Shown: positions 18,213-28,144, numbered from the stretch's first letter. The stretch: DNA of 64,000 nt from an uncultured Gammaproteobacteria bacterium (GCA_903928015.1 CAIYPF010000143.1:66980-130979); one strand, 5' to 3'. Notes: generated by a model from the letters alone, not told the origin. Translations and numbers: made by a program.

Positions 18213-20051
18213 CTAGAACTCCTCCCACTCGTCATCCTGCGCGGGCGCGGCCTTGACCTGGGGCGGTCGCTGCAGCGGCGGCGGACGTGAGGCCGGAACA
18301 GCGGCACGGGCAGCAGGCCGCTGCAAGGGACGCGCGACCGGACGTGGCCGCGGGGCAGCGGCGAGCTGCTGCGGCGCATGCGAGGCCCCGCCATCGCGAA
18401 CCCTGAAAGTACTCACCATCCCGTCGAGCTCGCGGGCCATTTCCTCGAGGGATTTGGCCGCGGCGGTGGACTGCTCGACAAGCGCCGCGTTCTGCTGCGT
18501 CATCTCGTCCATCTGGCTCACGGCCTGGTTGACCTGCACGATGCCGTCGGACTGCTCCTTCGAGGCGGCCGCGATCTCGTTGATCATCGTGGCGACGTTG
18601 GTGACGGCGCTGAAGATTTCAGAGAGGCTGTCACCGGTGCGGTTCACCAGGTCCGCGCCCTGATCGACCTTGGCTGTGGAGTCGCGGATCAGGTCCTTGA
18701 TCTCCTTGGCCGCTGTGGCGCTTCGCTGCGCGAGGTTGCGCACCTCGGTGGCAACCACGGCAAAGCCGCGGCCCTGCTCACCGGCACGCGCCGCCTCGAC
18801 CGCCGCGTTCAGCGCGAGCAGATTGGTCTGGAAGGCGATTTCGTCGATGACGCCGATGATGTCGGCCATGCGTTTCGAAGAAGCATTGATGGCTGTCATG
18901 GCCTCTACGGTCTGGGCAGAGACGTCACGTCCGTGCGTGGCACGCTGGCGCGCCTCGCTCACCAGCATATTGGCCTGGCGGGCATTGTCGGCGTTCTGCT
19001 GCACCGTCGTAGTCATCTCGTCCATGCTGGCCGCGGTTTCCTCGAGGCTCGCCGCCTGCTGCTCGGTGCGCGAGGAGAGGTCTATGTTTCCGCTGGCGAT
19101 CTCCGTGCTGGAACGCGTGAGTTCGGAAGTGCTGGACCGCACATTGCCAACCAGGGCGTTCAGGTTGGTGCTCATCGAGCGCAGGGCGGCCATGAGCTTG
19201 CCCACTTCGTCATCGGAGCGGACCTGGATCTCCTCGGTAAGATCGCCACCCGCAATGCGCTCGCAGATGCCCGCAGCGTTCGCCAAGGGCTCCACAAACA
19301 GCGTGCGCGAGAGGCGGTTCACGAACCACAACGCGAGCAGGAGCAGCGGCAGCACCGCGGCAGCTCCCGTGAAGACATTCCTGATCACGGCACTGTCTGC
19401 CTCGGCAAGCGGCTTGATCACCTCGAAGGCGCCATGAAGGTCACCAACCTGCTTGCCGTCCATCGCGAAGCCGGTGATGTCCTTGCCATCGTCACGGCCC
19501 CAGATGGTCGTGGATGTGCGGGGATCCCCGTGGCAGTTCATGCAGACTTTCTCGAGACGTACCGGACGGAAGTAGCGGATGGCGTTCTTCTCTTCGTCGA
19601 TGACGTAGTGCTCGGCAGCCTCGGGATTGTGATCGAAAAAGGCCAAGGCCTCCGCTTCAATGGGGTCGGGCTCGTTGGCGGGGTTCCGTGCGCCCTCCCG
19701 GGGAGTGCGGAACTCGAAACCACCTTCCTTGGCCTTGGCCTTGGCAGACTCCCAGGCTGCGACCACCGGAATGGCGGCGAGCATCTTCTGCTTGCGGAGT
19801 GCGGGATCGGTCTCGGTTTCGTTGATGCGGCGGATCTCGGTGGTGGAGAACAGCCCCAGATCCCACTTCTTCGCCATGTTTTCGCGCACTGACTCGGACA
19901 TCACGACGAGGTTACGCGCGGCGGCGACCTGGGATTGCACGATCACCCGCTGCTCGTTCAGAACATAGAGCCCGAAGATGACGACCACGATGCCGACCAG
20001 AATGAGGCCCACCCACGTCCGGAAACCCAGTTTGCGGATCAGTTCTCCCAT
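18213..20051 (-). CDS. Methyl-accepting chemotaxis protein with periplasmic CxxCH (c-type haem) sensor domain
   Basis: It has one N-terminal TM segment and a periplasmic domain containing VCMNCHGDP (DUF3365/Tll0287-like), followed by a second TM segment and a HAMP domain. The highly conserved MCP hairpin is present (EIAFQTNLLALNAAVEAARAGEQGRGFAVVATEVRNLAQRSA). A Pro/Ala-rich tail ends in DDEWEEF. Confidence 0.9.
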   Translation of the reverse strand: MGELIRKLGFRTWVGLILVGIVVVIFGLYVLNEQRVIVQSQVAAARNLVVMSESVRENMAKKWDLGLFSTTEIRRINETETDPALRKQKMLAAIPVVAAWESAKAKAKEGGFEFRTPREGARNPANEPDPIEAEALAFFDHNPEAAEHYVIDEEKNAIRYFRPVRLEKVCMNCHGDPRTSTTIWGRDDGKDITGFAMDGKQVGDLHGAFEVIKPLAEADSAVIRNVFTGAAAVLPLLLLALWFVNRLSRTLFVEPLANAAGICERIAGGDLTEEIQVRSDDEVGKLMAALRSMSTNLNALVGNVRSSTSELTRSSTEIASGNIDLSSRTEQQAASLEETAASMDEMTTTVQQNADNARQANMLVSEARQRATHGRDVSAQTVEAMTAINASSKRMADIIGVIDEIAFQTNLLALNAAVEAARAGEQGRGFAVVATEVRNLAQRSATAAKEIKDLIRDSTAKVDQGADLVNRTGDSLSEIFSAVTNVATMINEIAAASKEQSDGIVQVNQAVSQMDEMTQQNAALVEQSTAAAKSLEEMARELDGMVSTFRVRDGGASHAPQQLAAAPRPRPVARPLQRPAARAAVPASRPPPLQRPPQVKAAPAQDDEWEEF

Positions 20052-20225
20052 GTGCGCTCTCCCTACGACTCTTGTGTTAAGCAGGGCCTTTCGAGGGAAA
20101 ACGACTCTCCCAGTGCCCGAGGGGGCATTATGCGCGTGCGTCCCCGGATGTCCACCAATCCAGACGATTCGCCGACGGCCCCGACTCGCCTATGCTGCGC
20201 TTACAAGACCAACAGGAGGAACACC

Positions 20226-22370
20226 ATGAGCAGCACTGAAATCCCCACGTTCTGTCGCCTGTGCATGGGGCACTGCGGTGTCCTGGTGAAACTCGATGAT
20301 CATGGCCGCGTTGACTCGATCCGCGGCGATCATGAAGACCCCCAAACGCTCGGCTACGCCTGCTTCAAGGGCATGCGCTCCGGCGAGGCACACGCAAGCC
20401 CGGACCGGATACTCCATCCCCTCAAACGCCAGCCTGACGGTACGTTTGCGCGCATTCCCGCGGCGCAGGCTCTCGACGAAATCGCGGCACGCCTCGCTGC
20501 GATCCGCGCGCAGCACGGTGCCGAGGCCATCGCCGGATACAAGGGCGGCGGCGCCTTCTTCACCTCTTCCTCAAGCAAGATGCTGAACGCGTTTCTCGAC
20601 GCGATCGGATCGCCGAAGGCCTTTTCCTCCGTCACCATCGACCAGTCCTCCAAGGCCGTCGCGCTGGGGCGCATCGGCATCTGGCCTGCGGGACGCGATC
20701 CCTTCAACAAAGGCGACGTGCTGATGATCATCGGGGCGAACCCGCTGGTGTCGGTGTCGATGGGAGGCTTTGACACGCGCAATCCGCAAAAACGGCTGAA
20801 GCAGGCTCGCGATCGCGGGATGAAACTCGTGGTGATCGATCCCCGCCGCAGCGAGACCGCACGCTTTGCCGACGTTTTTCTGCAACCGCTCCCGGGCGAA
20901 GACTGCTCCATCCTCGCGGGCATCATCAGGATCGTGCTGGCCGAGGGCTGGGAAGACCGCGAATTCTGCGGCCGCTACGCCTCGCAAATGGCGGAACTGC
21001 GCGCCGCCGTGGACGGCTTCACGCCGGAGACGGTCGCCCGGCGGGCGGGCATCGACGCCGCGGACTTGCGCCGCGCGGCCGAGGTCTTCGCGCGCGATGG
21101 CCGACGCGGCGCCGCCGTGAGCGCAACGGGGCCCGACATGTCCCCGCATGCCAACCTCGCGGAACACCTGATCGAGGCATTGAACGTGATCTGCGGACGA
21201 CTGGTCCGTGAGGGCGAGCCCGTACAGAACCCCGGCGCCGTCAATGCTCGCTGGCCACGCAAGGCGGAGGTCATTCCCGCGCCACGCTGGTGGGAGCAGG
21301 GCTATGTCAGCAAGACGGGCTACGCCACCATCGACGGCGAATTGCCGAGCGGCGCGTTGATCGAGGAGATTCTGGAGCCGGGGCCAGGCCAGGTACGGGC
21401 CCTGCTCGTGCACGGCGGCAACCCCGCATCGGCCATCCCGGACCAGGACGGGATCGTGAATGCACTGAAGTCACTGGAGTTGCTGGTCACGATCGAACCC
21501 TTCATGACCATGACCGCGCAACTCTCGGACTACATCCTGCCGCCAACGCTGCAGTACGAGCGCCCTGACCTGCCGCTTTTCATCTACGAGACACTCGTGT
21601 CCATCGAACCCTACACGCGCTTCACACCCGCCATTGCCGCGGTGCCTGAAGGCGCCGAGGTACAGGACGACTGGACGTGGTTCTGGGAGCTTGCCCGGCG
21701 CCTGGGCGCGACGATAGAGCACTTCGGCCAGGCTCTCGACATGACGCGCAGACCCGGCACCGAAGACATCCTCGCGATCGCGGCACGCTTCTCTCCCCTG
21801 CCCTTCGAGACCATCCGAAGCGCGCAGCGCGGCGTTTACCTCGACGCGCTCACGCAGTTGGTCGAGCCGGGAGATCCGGAATCGCCGCACCGCTTTACGC
21901 TCATGCCCGCGGACGTGGCGGAAGAACTGGCCGCCGTGATGGCGGAGGATGACGGGGCAGGCGGAAACCGTGCCTACGCAGGCTTTGGCTACCGGATGGC
22001 ATCACGCAGGATGCGTGACGCGCTCAACTCCGCCTGCAAGGACCTCCCATCGGTACGGTCACGGGTGCCCACCAACCCGGCCTTCATCAACCCGGCCGAT
22101 ATGGCACGCGAGGGTATATCCGAAGGGCAACTGGTACGCATCGCATCCGATGCCGGAGAGATCGTGGTCCCGGCGAAGGCGGACCCGGATCTGCGCAGCG
22201 GCGTGATTTCGATCCCCCACGGGTACGGCGTGTTGCCGGGCGAGCCGGATGACCCCTTCGGCCGGGGCGCATCCACCAATCGCCTGATCGGCGCCAAAGG
22301 TCCGCGGGAGAGCATCAACGCGATGCCGCGCATGAGCGCGATACCGGTGAACATCACTCCACTTCTCTGA
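20226..22370 (+). CDS. Molybdopterin-dependent oxidoreductase (MopB superfamily, cytoplasmic type)
   Basis: AGGAGG lies upstream of ATG 20226. The N-terminal Cys motif is FCRLCMGHCGV...GYACFKG (CxxCxxxC...C). The C-terminal molybdopterin dinucleotide-binding domain shows INPADMAREGISEGQLVRI. No twin-arginine signal is present. Confidence 0.85.
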   Translation: MSSTEIPTFCRLCMGHCGVLVKLDDHGRVDSIRGDHEDPQTLGYACFKGMRSGEAHASPDRILHPLKRQPDGTFARIPAAQALDEIAARLAAIRAQHGAEAIAGYKGGGAFFTSSSSKMLNAFLDAIGSPKAFSSVTIDQSSKAVALGRIGIWPAGRDPFNKGDVLMIIGANPLVSVSMGGFDTRNPQKRLKQARDRGMKLVVIDPRRSETARFADVFLQPLPGEDCSILAGIIRIVLAEGWEDREFCGRYASQMAELRAAVDGFTPETVARRAGIDAADLRRAAEVFARDGRRGAAVSATGPDMSPHANLAEHLIEALNVICGRLVREGEPVQNPGAVNARWPRKAEVIPAPRWWEQGYVSKTGYATIDGELPSGALIEEILEPGPGQVRALLVHGGNPASAIPDQDGIVNALKSLELLVTIEPFMTMTAQLSDYILPPTLQYERPDLPLFIYETLVSIEPYTRFTPAIAAVPEGAEVQDDWTWFWELARRLGATIEHFGQALDMTRRPGTEDILAIAARFSPLPFETIRSAQRGVYLDALTQLVEPGDPESPHRFTLMPADVAEELAAVMAEDDGAGGNRAYAGFGYRMASRRMRDALNSACKDLPSVRSRVPTNPAFINPADMAREGISEGQLVRIASDAGEIVVPAKADPDLRSGVISIPHGYGVLPGEPDDPFGRGASTNRLIGAKGPRESINAMPRMSAIPVNITPLL

Positions 22371-22486
22371 AGCGAGCCACACCGCGGGCGACGCCGAAGC
22401 GGTGACAGTGCCGAAGTCCCCGCGTGACTGTCACGCGGGCAGCCGGCACAGTGTGCGTAACTGCAGCCACCTGCGGCAGACGTGCC

Positions 22487-24727
22487 ATGCCCCGACCAAG
22501 CCCCGTCCTTTTGATCCTCCTCCTCGCGTGCCTTTACGGCGCGCTACGGAGCAGCGACGCACACGCCGCCGATGTGCGAGAACGCCCACGCGTGGGTCTC
22601 GTGCTCGCCGGCGGTGGAGCACGCGGCATCGCGCACATCGGCGTGATCAAGTACCTCGAGGAGCAGGGCATCCATATCGATGCCGTAGCCGGCACAAGCA
22701 TGGGCTCCATCATCGGCGGGCTCTACGCCTCGGGCCTCACCGCGGCTGAGCTCGAGGAGACCGCACGCTCCATCGACTGGCGCTATGCACTGGACGATGA
22801 CACCCCGCGCGACCGCCTGCCATTCCGCCGCAAAGAGCAGGACTACGACTTCCTCGTAGGGGCCTCGCTGCGATTCAAGGACGGCGTGCTGAAGCTCCCC
22901 ATGGGTGCCATCGAAGGCCAGCACCTCAACTTCGTGCTGCACGACCTGGTCGCGCACGCCTCACGAATCCGCGACTTCGACAAACTTCCGATCCCCTATC
23001 GTGCAGTGGCCGCAGACATCGTCACGGGTGAAGCCGTGGTGCTGTCGAAAGGGGATCTCGCTCTCGCCATGCGCGCCAGCATGTCCATACCCGGAGTGTT
23101 CACGCCGGTGGACATCGACGGGCACTTGCTGGTCGACGGCGGCATCGCGATGAACATTCCCGTGACCGTTGCCCAGGCGATGGGCGTGGACCGCCTCGTG
23201 GTGGTGGACATCGGCACGCCGCTCGCGCCGCGGGAGAAACTCGACAACGTGCTGTCGCTGGTCGACCAGCTCACCAACATCATGACCCGCACCAACTCCG
23301 AGCTGCAGCTCAAACAGATGCGCGAGGGCGATGTGCTGGTGCGGCCGGCACTGGATGCAGCCGGGATAACGGCGACGAGCTTCGACCAACCGGAGGAGGC
23401 CATTGCCATCGGCTACGCCGCCGCAAAGTCGCTTGCCCCCGAACTCGCCACGCTCGCCGATTCGGACGAGGCACAACGACTCGCGAAGCGACCCCGCCTG
23501 GTGCTGCCGCGGATCGCGGAAATCCGCATCGACACCGACTCCAGCGTGCCCGAGAAGCTGCTGCGCAACATGATCACCCAGCCGATCGGCGAGCGCCTCG
23601 ACAGGGATCGCATCGAGAGCGACATCGCCGACATCTACGGTCTCGACGAATTCGCGCGGGTCGATTACGACGTGCTGAAGGAGGCGCACGGCTACGTCTT
23701 GCGCGTGAAGGCTACCCGCAATCCGCAGGGCGACAACGTGCTGAAGCTGGGGCTCAACTGGGATCAGGACAGCCGCGGAGAGAGCGAGTTCGGCGTCCGG
23801 GGCAGCTGGCACCAGCGCGGGCTGAACCGTTTGGGCGCCGAGTGGTACAGCGCGGGCCAACTCGGCGGGCACTCGTTCTTCCTCACGCAGTTCTACCAGC
23901 CGCTCGACACGGCGCGTCTCGTCTTTGCCGATGTCGCGTACCAGTACGAGCAGCGACAGCTCAATCTCTCGGACGACGGCGAACTGCGCGCGCGCGCGGT
24001 GGTCGACGATCACCAGCTGGAACTCGCCGGCGGCTACAACATCTCGAACGTGGCGCGCTTGCGCGCAGGCGCTTACCTGGGAACCGCCAACAACGACATC
24101 GAGATAGGCTCGCCCCTTCTCAGCTCCTCCAGCGAAGACGACGCTGGCTGGTTCGCGGAATTGAAGGTGGACACGCTGGACCGCGCCTATTTCCCGGGCA
24201 GCGGGCTGCGCTTCAGGACGCGCTTTTCCGAGGGCGAGGAGGCCTGGGGAGCGGAGACCGATTACCGCTCCTGGGAAACCGGATTCAGCGCGAGCAAAAG
24301 CCTCGGGCGAAACACCTTCACGCTGGGCGGACGCTGGTCGCAGATCGAACTGGACGAGCAGGCCAGCGGCGCGCGGATCCTCACGCTGCCCTCGCAGGCG
24401 TTCACGCTGGGTGGATTCCTCGCATTGTCCGGATACACCCGCGACTCGCTGGCGGGCAATTACCTCGGCTTCGCGAGTCTCAGCTGGTACCGGCGGCTAA
24501 CCGAACAATCGCTTTTGCCGGTAGACCTGCCGGTCTATGCAGGTATGAGCCTCGAGGCGGGAAACACCTGGATGAGAAAAGGCGAAGCCTCGTTCGGAGA
24601 CCTGATCCACGCGGGCAGCGTCTTTCTCGGGGTGGATTCTCCGCTCGGGCCGATCTACATCGGGCTGGGGCTTGGCGAGAACAACCAGCGGGCGATGTAC
24701 CTTCAGATCGGCCAGCCGCTGGACTGA
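22487..24727 (+). CDS. Patatin-like phospholipase fused to POTRA/Omp85 beta-barrel (PlpD-like, type Vd secretion architecture)
   Basis: It has a signal peptide (LLILLLACLYGALRSSDAHA). The patatin motifs GGGARG, GTSMG (GxSxG) and DGG are all present. The C-terminal half is beta-barrel-like with Omp85-type sequence. Confidence 0.85.
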   Translation: MPRPSPVLLILLLACLYGALRSSDAHAADVRERPRVGLVLAGGGARGIAHIGVIKYLEEQGIHIDAVAGTSMGSIIGGLYASGLTAAELEETARSIDWRYALDDDTPRDRLPFRRKEQDYDFLVGASLRFKDGVLKLPMGAIEGQHLNFVLHDLVAHASRIRDFDKLPIPYRAVAADIVTGEAVVLSKGDLALAMRASMSIPGVFTPVDIDGHLLVDGGIAMNIPVTVAQAMGVDRLVVVDIGTPLAPREKLDNVLSLVDQLTNIMTRTNSELQLKQMREGDVLVRPALDAAGITATSFDQPEEAIAIGYAAAKSLAPELATLADSDEAQRLAKRPRLVLPRIAEIRIDTDSSVPEKLLRNMITQPIGERLDRDRIESDIADIYGLDEFARVDYDVLKEAHGYVLRVKATRNPQGDNVLKLGLNWDQDSRGESEFGVRGSWHQRGLNRLGAEWYSAGQLGGHSFFLTQFYQPLDTARLVFADVAYQYEQRQLNLSDDGELRARAVVDDHQLELAGGYNISNVARLRAGAYLGTANNDIEIGSPLLSSSSEDDAGWFAELKVDTLDRAYFPGSGLRFRTRFSEGEEAWGAETDYRSWETGFSASKSLGRNTFTLGGRWSQIELDEQASGARILTLPSQAFTLGGFLALSGYTRDSLAGNYLGFASLSWYRRLTEQSLLPVDLPVYAGMSLEAGNTWMRKGEASFGDLIHAGSVFLGVDSPLGPIYIGLGLGENNQRAMYLQIGQPLD

Positions 24728-24815
24728 GGCACGCGTTTGCGATGGATATCCAGTTCACATAGGATGGATTCCCATGTCGCATACTCTGAATCGGTGATCC
24801 CGTGCGGGCAATTTG

Positions 24816-25946
24816 ATGAGCGTTCTCGTCGGGGCAATTCTGATAGCAGTGCTTCTGGCACTACTGGTTGTTATTCGGGCCTCCCGCAGCACACCCGTTA
24901 CACCGAAGAAGCGCAGCGTCGCGATGGACACCGGCCATCAGGCGCCAGCCACGGCCACTGCAGACAGTCCTTCTGCCGCGCAGCCGGCACAGGTGTCCAT
25001 CCCCGATGACCTCGCCAACTTCAGGATGGTGACAAGCAGCGACATCAGCCCTGCGCGTCAGGTCATCCTTCTCGAAGAAATGGAACGCATCTTCCTGCCC
25101 CCGCGCTCCCTGCGCGAACTGAGCGACCCCGATTTTTTCGCCTCCGGCAGCACCCGCGAGCTGGCAGATTTCCTGATGCGCGAGCCGGTGTTGGCTGCGC
25201 GCGTCCTCGGCATCGTCAACTCCCCCCTGCACGGCCTGCAGACCCCGATAGTCAGCGTGCAGCACGCGATCAACTTCCTCGGGATCAACTCGGTGAGGAG
25301 CATCGCGCTCCGCTTTCTGGTCGAAGAGTCATACCGGACTGAAACACCCAGCCTCCAAGGGCTGTACAGCCGCATCTGGGACGCCGGCACCATGGGGTCC
25401 GAGATATGTTCGCTGCTATCGCAGCGACTGGGCTTCAGCGATGTGAGCGCATCGGTCACGATCACCGTGCTCTCATTTGTGGGCGACTTCGCGGTACTTA
25501 CCCTGCTGCCGCCCGAAGAGGCACTCGAGACCTGGCAGCACGGCCTTTTCGACCGTACACGGATCCAGCAACAGAGTCTGGGCTTCAACGCGGGGGTCGC
25601 CGGGCAGCTGCTCCTCACGCAGTGGGGGCTGCCGGCGAGCATCGTCGCCGGCGTCGAGAAAATGAACTCGGTGCTGAGCACCCCTGCCGATAGTCAGGCA
25701 ACGCCTGAGATGCTGCGACTGGCGCTGTGCTACGCGAGCGCCCGTATCGGCGAGGCAATTGCCATGGGCCGGGTGCGTGAAATTGCCCACCTCAGCCTGC
25801 AGCCGGCCGGTCACCCGGAACTGGCATACCTGCAGGGTTATCTCTCGCAGCCCGCCTTTGCCCGGCTAGAGGAAATCATGCAGGCCCCGGACGTACGCAA
25901 CGCTCTGGCCCGGATGATCAGCGCGGCCGGCAACAGCAGACGCTGA
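24816..25946 (+). CDS. HDOD domain-containing signalling protein with N-terminal TM anchor
   Basis: It starts MSVLVGAILIAVLLALLVVI, a TM segment. The HDOD-like core is LADFLMREPVLAARVLGIVNSPLHGLQTPIVSVQHAINFLGINSVRSIAL. I prefer ATG 24816 to the track's TTG 24813. Confidence 0.75.
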   Translation: MSVLVGAILIAVLLALLVVIRASRSTPVTPKKRSVAMDTGHQAPATATADSPSAAQPAQVSIPDDLANFRMVTSSDISPARQVILLEEMERIFLPPRSLRELSDPDFFASGSTRELADFLMREPVLAARVLGIVNSPLHGLQTPIVSVQHAINFLGINSVRSIALRFLVEESYRTETPSLQGLYSRIWDAGTMGSEICSLLSQRLGFSDVSASVTITVLSFVGDFAVLTLLPPEEALETWQHGLFDRTRIQQQSLGFNAGVAGQLLLTQWGLPASIVAGVEKMNSVLSTPADSQATPEMLRLALCYASARIGEAIAMGRVREIAHLSLQPAGHPELAYLQGYLSQPAFARLEEIMQAPDVRNALARMISAAGNSRR

Positions 25947-25972
25947 GTCGCGGCAAAGGCTGAATCTGCGCT

Positions 25973-26407
25973 CTATTTGCCGTCGAAGTCGTCGGTATCG
26001 ACCTGACCGGTGAGACGACGCCACAGATGCGACCAGCTGAGCCCCAGCGCCAGCAACAGGCCCACGCAGACAATAGCGATCCAGCCAAACAAGGAACTCG
26101 AACCCTGGTGCAGCACACCGAGGTCGAAGAGCAGCCATACGCCCGCAGCGAGCAGCATCGCGCCAAGCGCAAGTCCCAGCAGCCCCAGGGAATTCAGCGT
26201 TGCCCGCAGCAGGATGACCCAGCCGATCAGAAGCACCACGCCGGTGAACGCGTGAACCGCGCCCAGGGCAGGCGCACCGCTGACCCAATGGACAAAGGAC
26301 CAGCCGCCAGGGTTCCAGGTGGCGAGCACCATGAGAAGAGCAGCCAGAAGGCGAACCGTGAATTCGCCAAAACCGAAGGGGTCGCGGGACGTGGCGGACG
26401 TGCTCAA
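25973..26407 (-). CDS. Small integral membrane protein (4 predicted TM), function unknown
   Basis: It has a TTG start with GGAG about 9 nt upstream and four hydrophobic stretches. I recognise no motif. Confidence 0.5.
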   Translation of the reverse strand: MSTSATSRDPFGFGEFTVRLLAALLMVLATWNPGGWSFVHWVSGAPALGAVHAFTGVVLLIGWVILLRATLNSLGLLGLALGAMLLAAGVWLLFDLGVLHQGSSSLFGWIAIVCVGLLLALGLSWSHLWRRLTGQVDTDDFDGK

Positions 26408-26435
26408 GGGAGTTCTCCAGACAGGATTGTTGTGA

Positions 26436-27302
26436 TTAGCCCCCAGCCCAGAGACTCAGCAGCGAGTGCGCGATCGCGAGCGGTGGAGGGGTCATGATAC
26501 GGGCACCCGGATCCCCGCGCAGCACTGCCCTCACCTCTTCCCTGCTGAGCCAGATGGCATCCTGCAACTCGACGGTATCGAGCGTAAGTGCATCGCTCCC
26601 GACAGGCGCAACACACCCGATCATCAGCGACGAGGGAAACGGCCACGGCTGGCTGAGCAGATAGCGCACCGACAGCGCCTTCACGCCCGCCTCTTCGTGC
26701 AACTCCCGACTCACCGCCTCTTCGAGCGACTCACCCGGCTCGAGGAAACCCGCCAACGCCGAGTACATGCGCGGCGGAAACTGCGGCTGACGCCCGAGCA
26801 ATACGCGGTCATCGTGCTCCGCGAGCATGATCACCACAGGATCGACCCGCGGGAAGTGCTCGGCCGTACAGCTCGCGCAGCGCCTGCCCCAACCACCCCT
26901 GAAAAGCGCCGTCGTCGCGCCACAGCGCGCGCAGAAGCCGTGCCGGTAATGCCAGTCCACCAGGCTGCGTGCGCCGCCGTAGAGAGCGACCTGTTCGGCA
27001 GGCAATCTGTGCAGCAACTGCAACACGGCCATCGACCCGCCACGGGGACCATCCCAGTCGAGTCTGGCGAAACGCGGAGCTCCCTCATCAAGCCCCAGGA
27101 ACAGCAGCTCGCCTCCCCGGTCGTCGGCATCGAGCAGCCGCCATGCAATGCCGCCATCGTCGCCCGCAACAGGATCCAGCCCCTTCAACACGAGTAGTCG
27201 TGCAGCCGGATCGCTGCGCATCCCGAACAGGGCTTCCTCGTTGTTGCGCAGATGATCGGCACGGTCGAGCGTGCTGCCGGTGAAGCCGGGTTGCAATGTC
27301 AT
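26436..27302 (-). CDS. nudC: NAD(+) diphosphatase (NADH pyrophosphatase, Nudix family)
   Basis: A zinc-ribbon motif (CARCGATT...CASC) is followed by the Nudix box GFLEPGESLEEAVSRELHEEAG and a downstream SQPWPFPSSLMIG motif. This combination is typical of NudC. Confidence 0.85.
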   Translation of the reverse strand: MTLQPGFTGSTLDRADHLRNNEEALFGMRSDPAARLLVLKGLDPVAGDDGGIAWRLLDADDRGGELLFLGLDEGAPRFARLDWDGPRGGSMAVLQLLHRLPAEQVALYGGARSLVDWHYRHGFCARCGATTALFRGGWGRRCASCTAEHFPRVDPVVIMLAEHDDRVLLGRQPQFPPRMYSALAGFLEPGESLEEAVSRELHEEAGVKALSVRYLLSQPWPFPSSLMIGCVAPVGSDALTLDTVELQDAIWLSREEVRAVLRGDPGARIMTPPPLAIAHSLLSLWAGG

Positions 27303-27410
27303 GGGAATCTCCGGGAAAAGAGCGGTTGATAGCCGCGCTCTACCGGTAGGGTGTGCGCGTCAGGCCGACGCGGATGGTAGACGAGAATGTGCCCACAGGT
27401 AACGGTGGGC

Positions 27411-28046
27411 TCAGAGGCCGCGACGACGCCGAAGGACTGAAATCAGGCCTAGCCCCGCAAGCAGCATCGGCAGTGTTCCGCCAATGGGCGTCTCCACCGG
27501 CTCGCTGCCGTAAAGGCTGAAGCCGAGCAGGTATTTCCTGGGCTCGGCACTGCCGCTGACCAGTGTGGGTGCGCCATTGCTGTAACGCCTGTCATCGCCC
27601 TCGTTCAGAATCCCGCCCCACTGGAATGCGTCCCCTCCCGCACCAAGGATGCTCAGCCAGTAATGCCCCGGCTCGAGTCTCCACTCCGGCAGCCCGACAT
27701 CAAGATAGCCGCCCGATCCCTGAAAGAGCGTGTAATCGCTTTTTCTCACGAGGGTCTGGAACAGGGGGCCACCGCTGTCCAACGGACTGCTCCACACCGA
27801 GACCGTGAAGTCTCCAAGGGAGCCCAGAGAGTTGTTGGCAGCAGCGAGCCTGGCACCATCGAGGACGGCGGAAGCATCCAGATCGAAAGAGGCGAACATC
27901 CTCGCGCCGGCCATGACCGAGCACGGAGAGCAATAAGCGGTGGGCGAGTTGACCCAGCTCGCAGGCAGGGCCTGCTCGACCACTGTGGCAGCGCCTGCCC
28001 CAGCGGAAACAACACAGAACACGAACATGCAGATCCGTTGCAGCAT
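27411..28046 (-). CDS. Secreted protein with PEP-CTERM-like C-terminal sorting signal
   Basis: It has an N-terminal signal peptide (FVFCVVSAGAGAA). The C-terminus is tripartite: EPVETP, then a hydrophobic helix (LPMLLAGLGLISVL), then RRRRGL. Confidence 0.55.
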   Translation of the reverse strand: MLQRICMFVFCVVSAGAGAATVVEQALPASWVNSPTAYCSPCSVMAGARMFASFDLDASAVLDGARLAAANNSLGSLGDFTVSVWSSPLDSGGPLFQTLVRKSDYTLFQGSGGYLDVGLPEWRLEPGHYWLSILGAGGDAFQWGGILNEGDDRRYSNGAPTLVSGSAEPRKYLLGFSLYGSEPVETPIGGTLPMLLAGLGLISVLRRRRGL

Positions 28047-28112
28047 GACATCACACCTCGGTGCGGGCGCCCGCCACTAAGGCACACGGGCATGCCGAGT
28101 ATGGCAGCCCGA

Positions 28113-28144
28113 GCGGATCCTGCCAGCCTGTGGGCAGGATCCGC
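28113..28144 (-). terminator. Perfect 12-bp stem-loop downstream of the thiolase gene
   Basis: The structure is GCGGATCCTGCC-N8-GGCAGGATCCGC. It has no U-tract, so it could be a factor-dependent terminator or an RNA-stability element. Confidence 0.45.

Noticed and set aside
20052-20225. A possible Moco riboswitch in the 174-nt leader of the molybdopterin oxidoreductase.
   Set aside because: I cannot reproduce the conserved Moco-motif helices or conserved nucleotides by eye. The region is also the divergent promoter for the chemoreceptor. An Rfam/Infernal scan (RF01055) would settle it.
19935-20225. An N-terminal extension of the Mo-oxidoreductase that might contain a TAT signal.
   Set aside because: No RRxFLK-type motif is present. 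The extension overlaps the MCP gene start on the other strand. A strong AGGAGG precedes ATG 20226.
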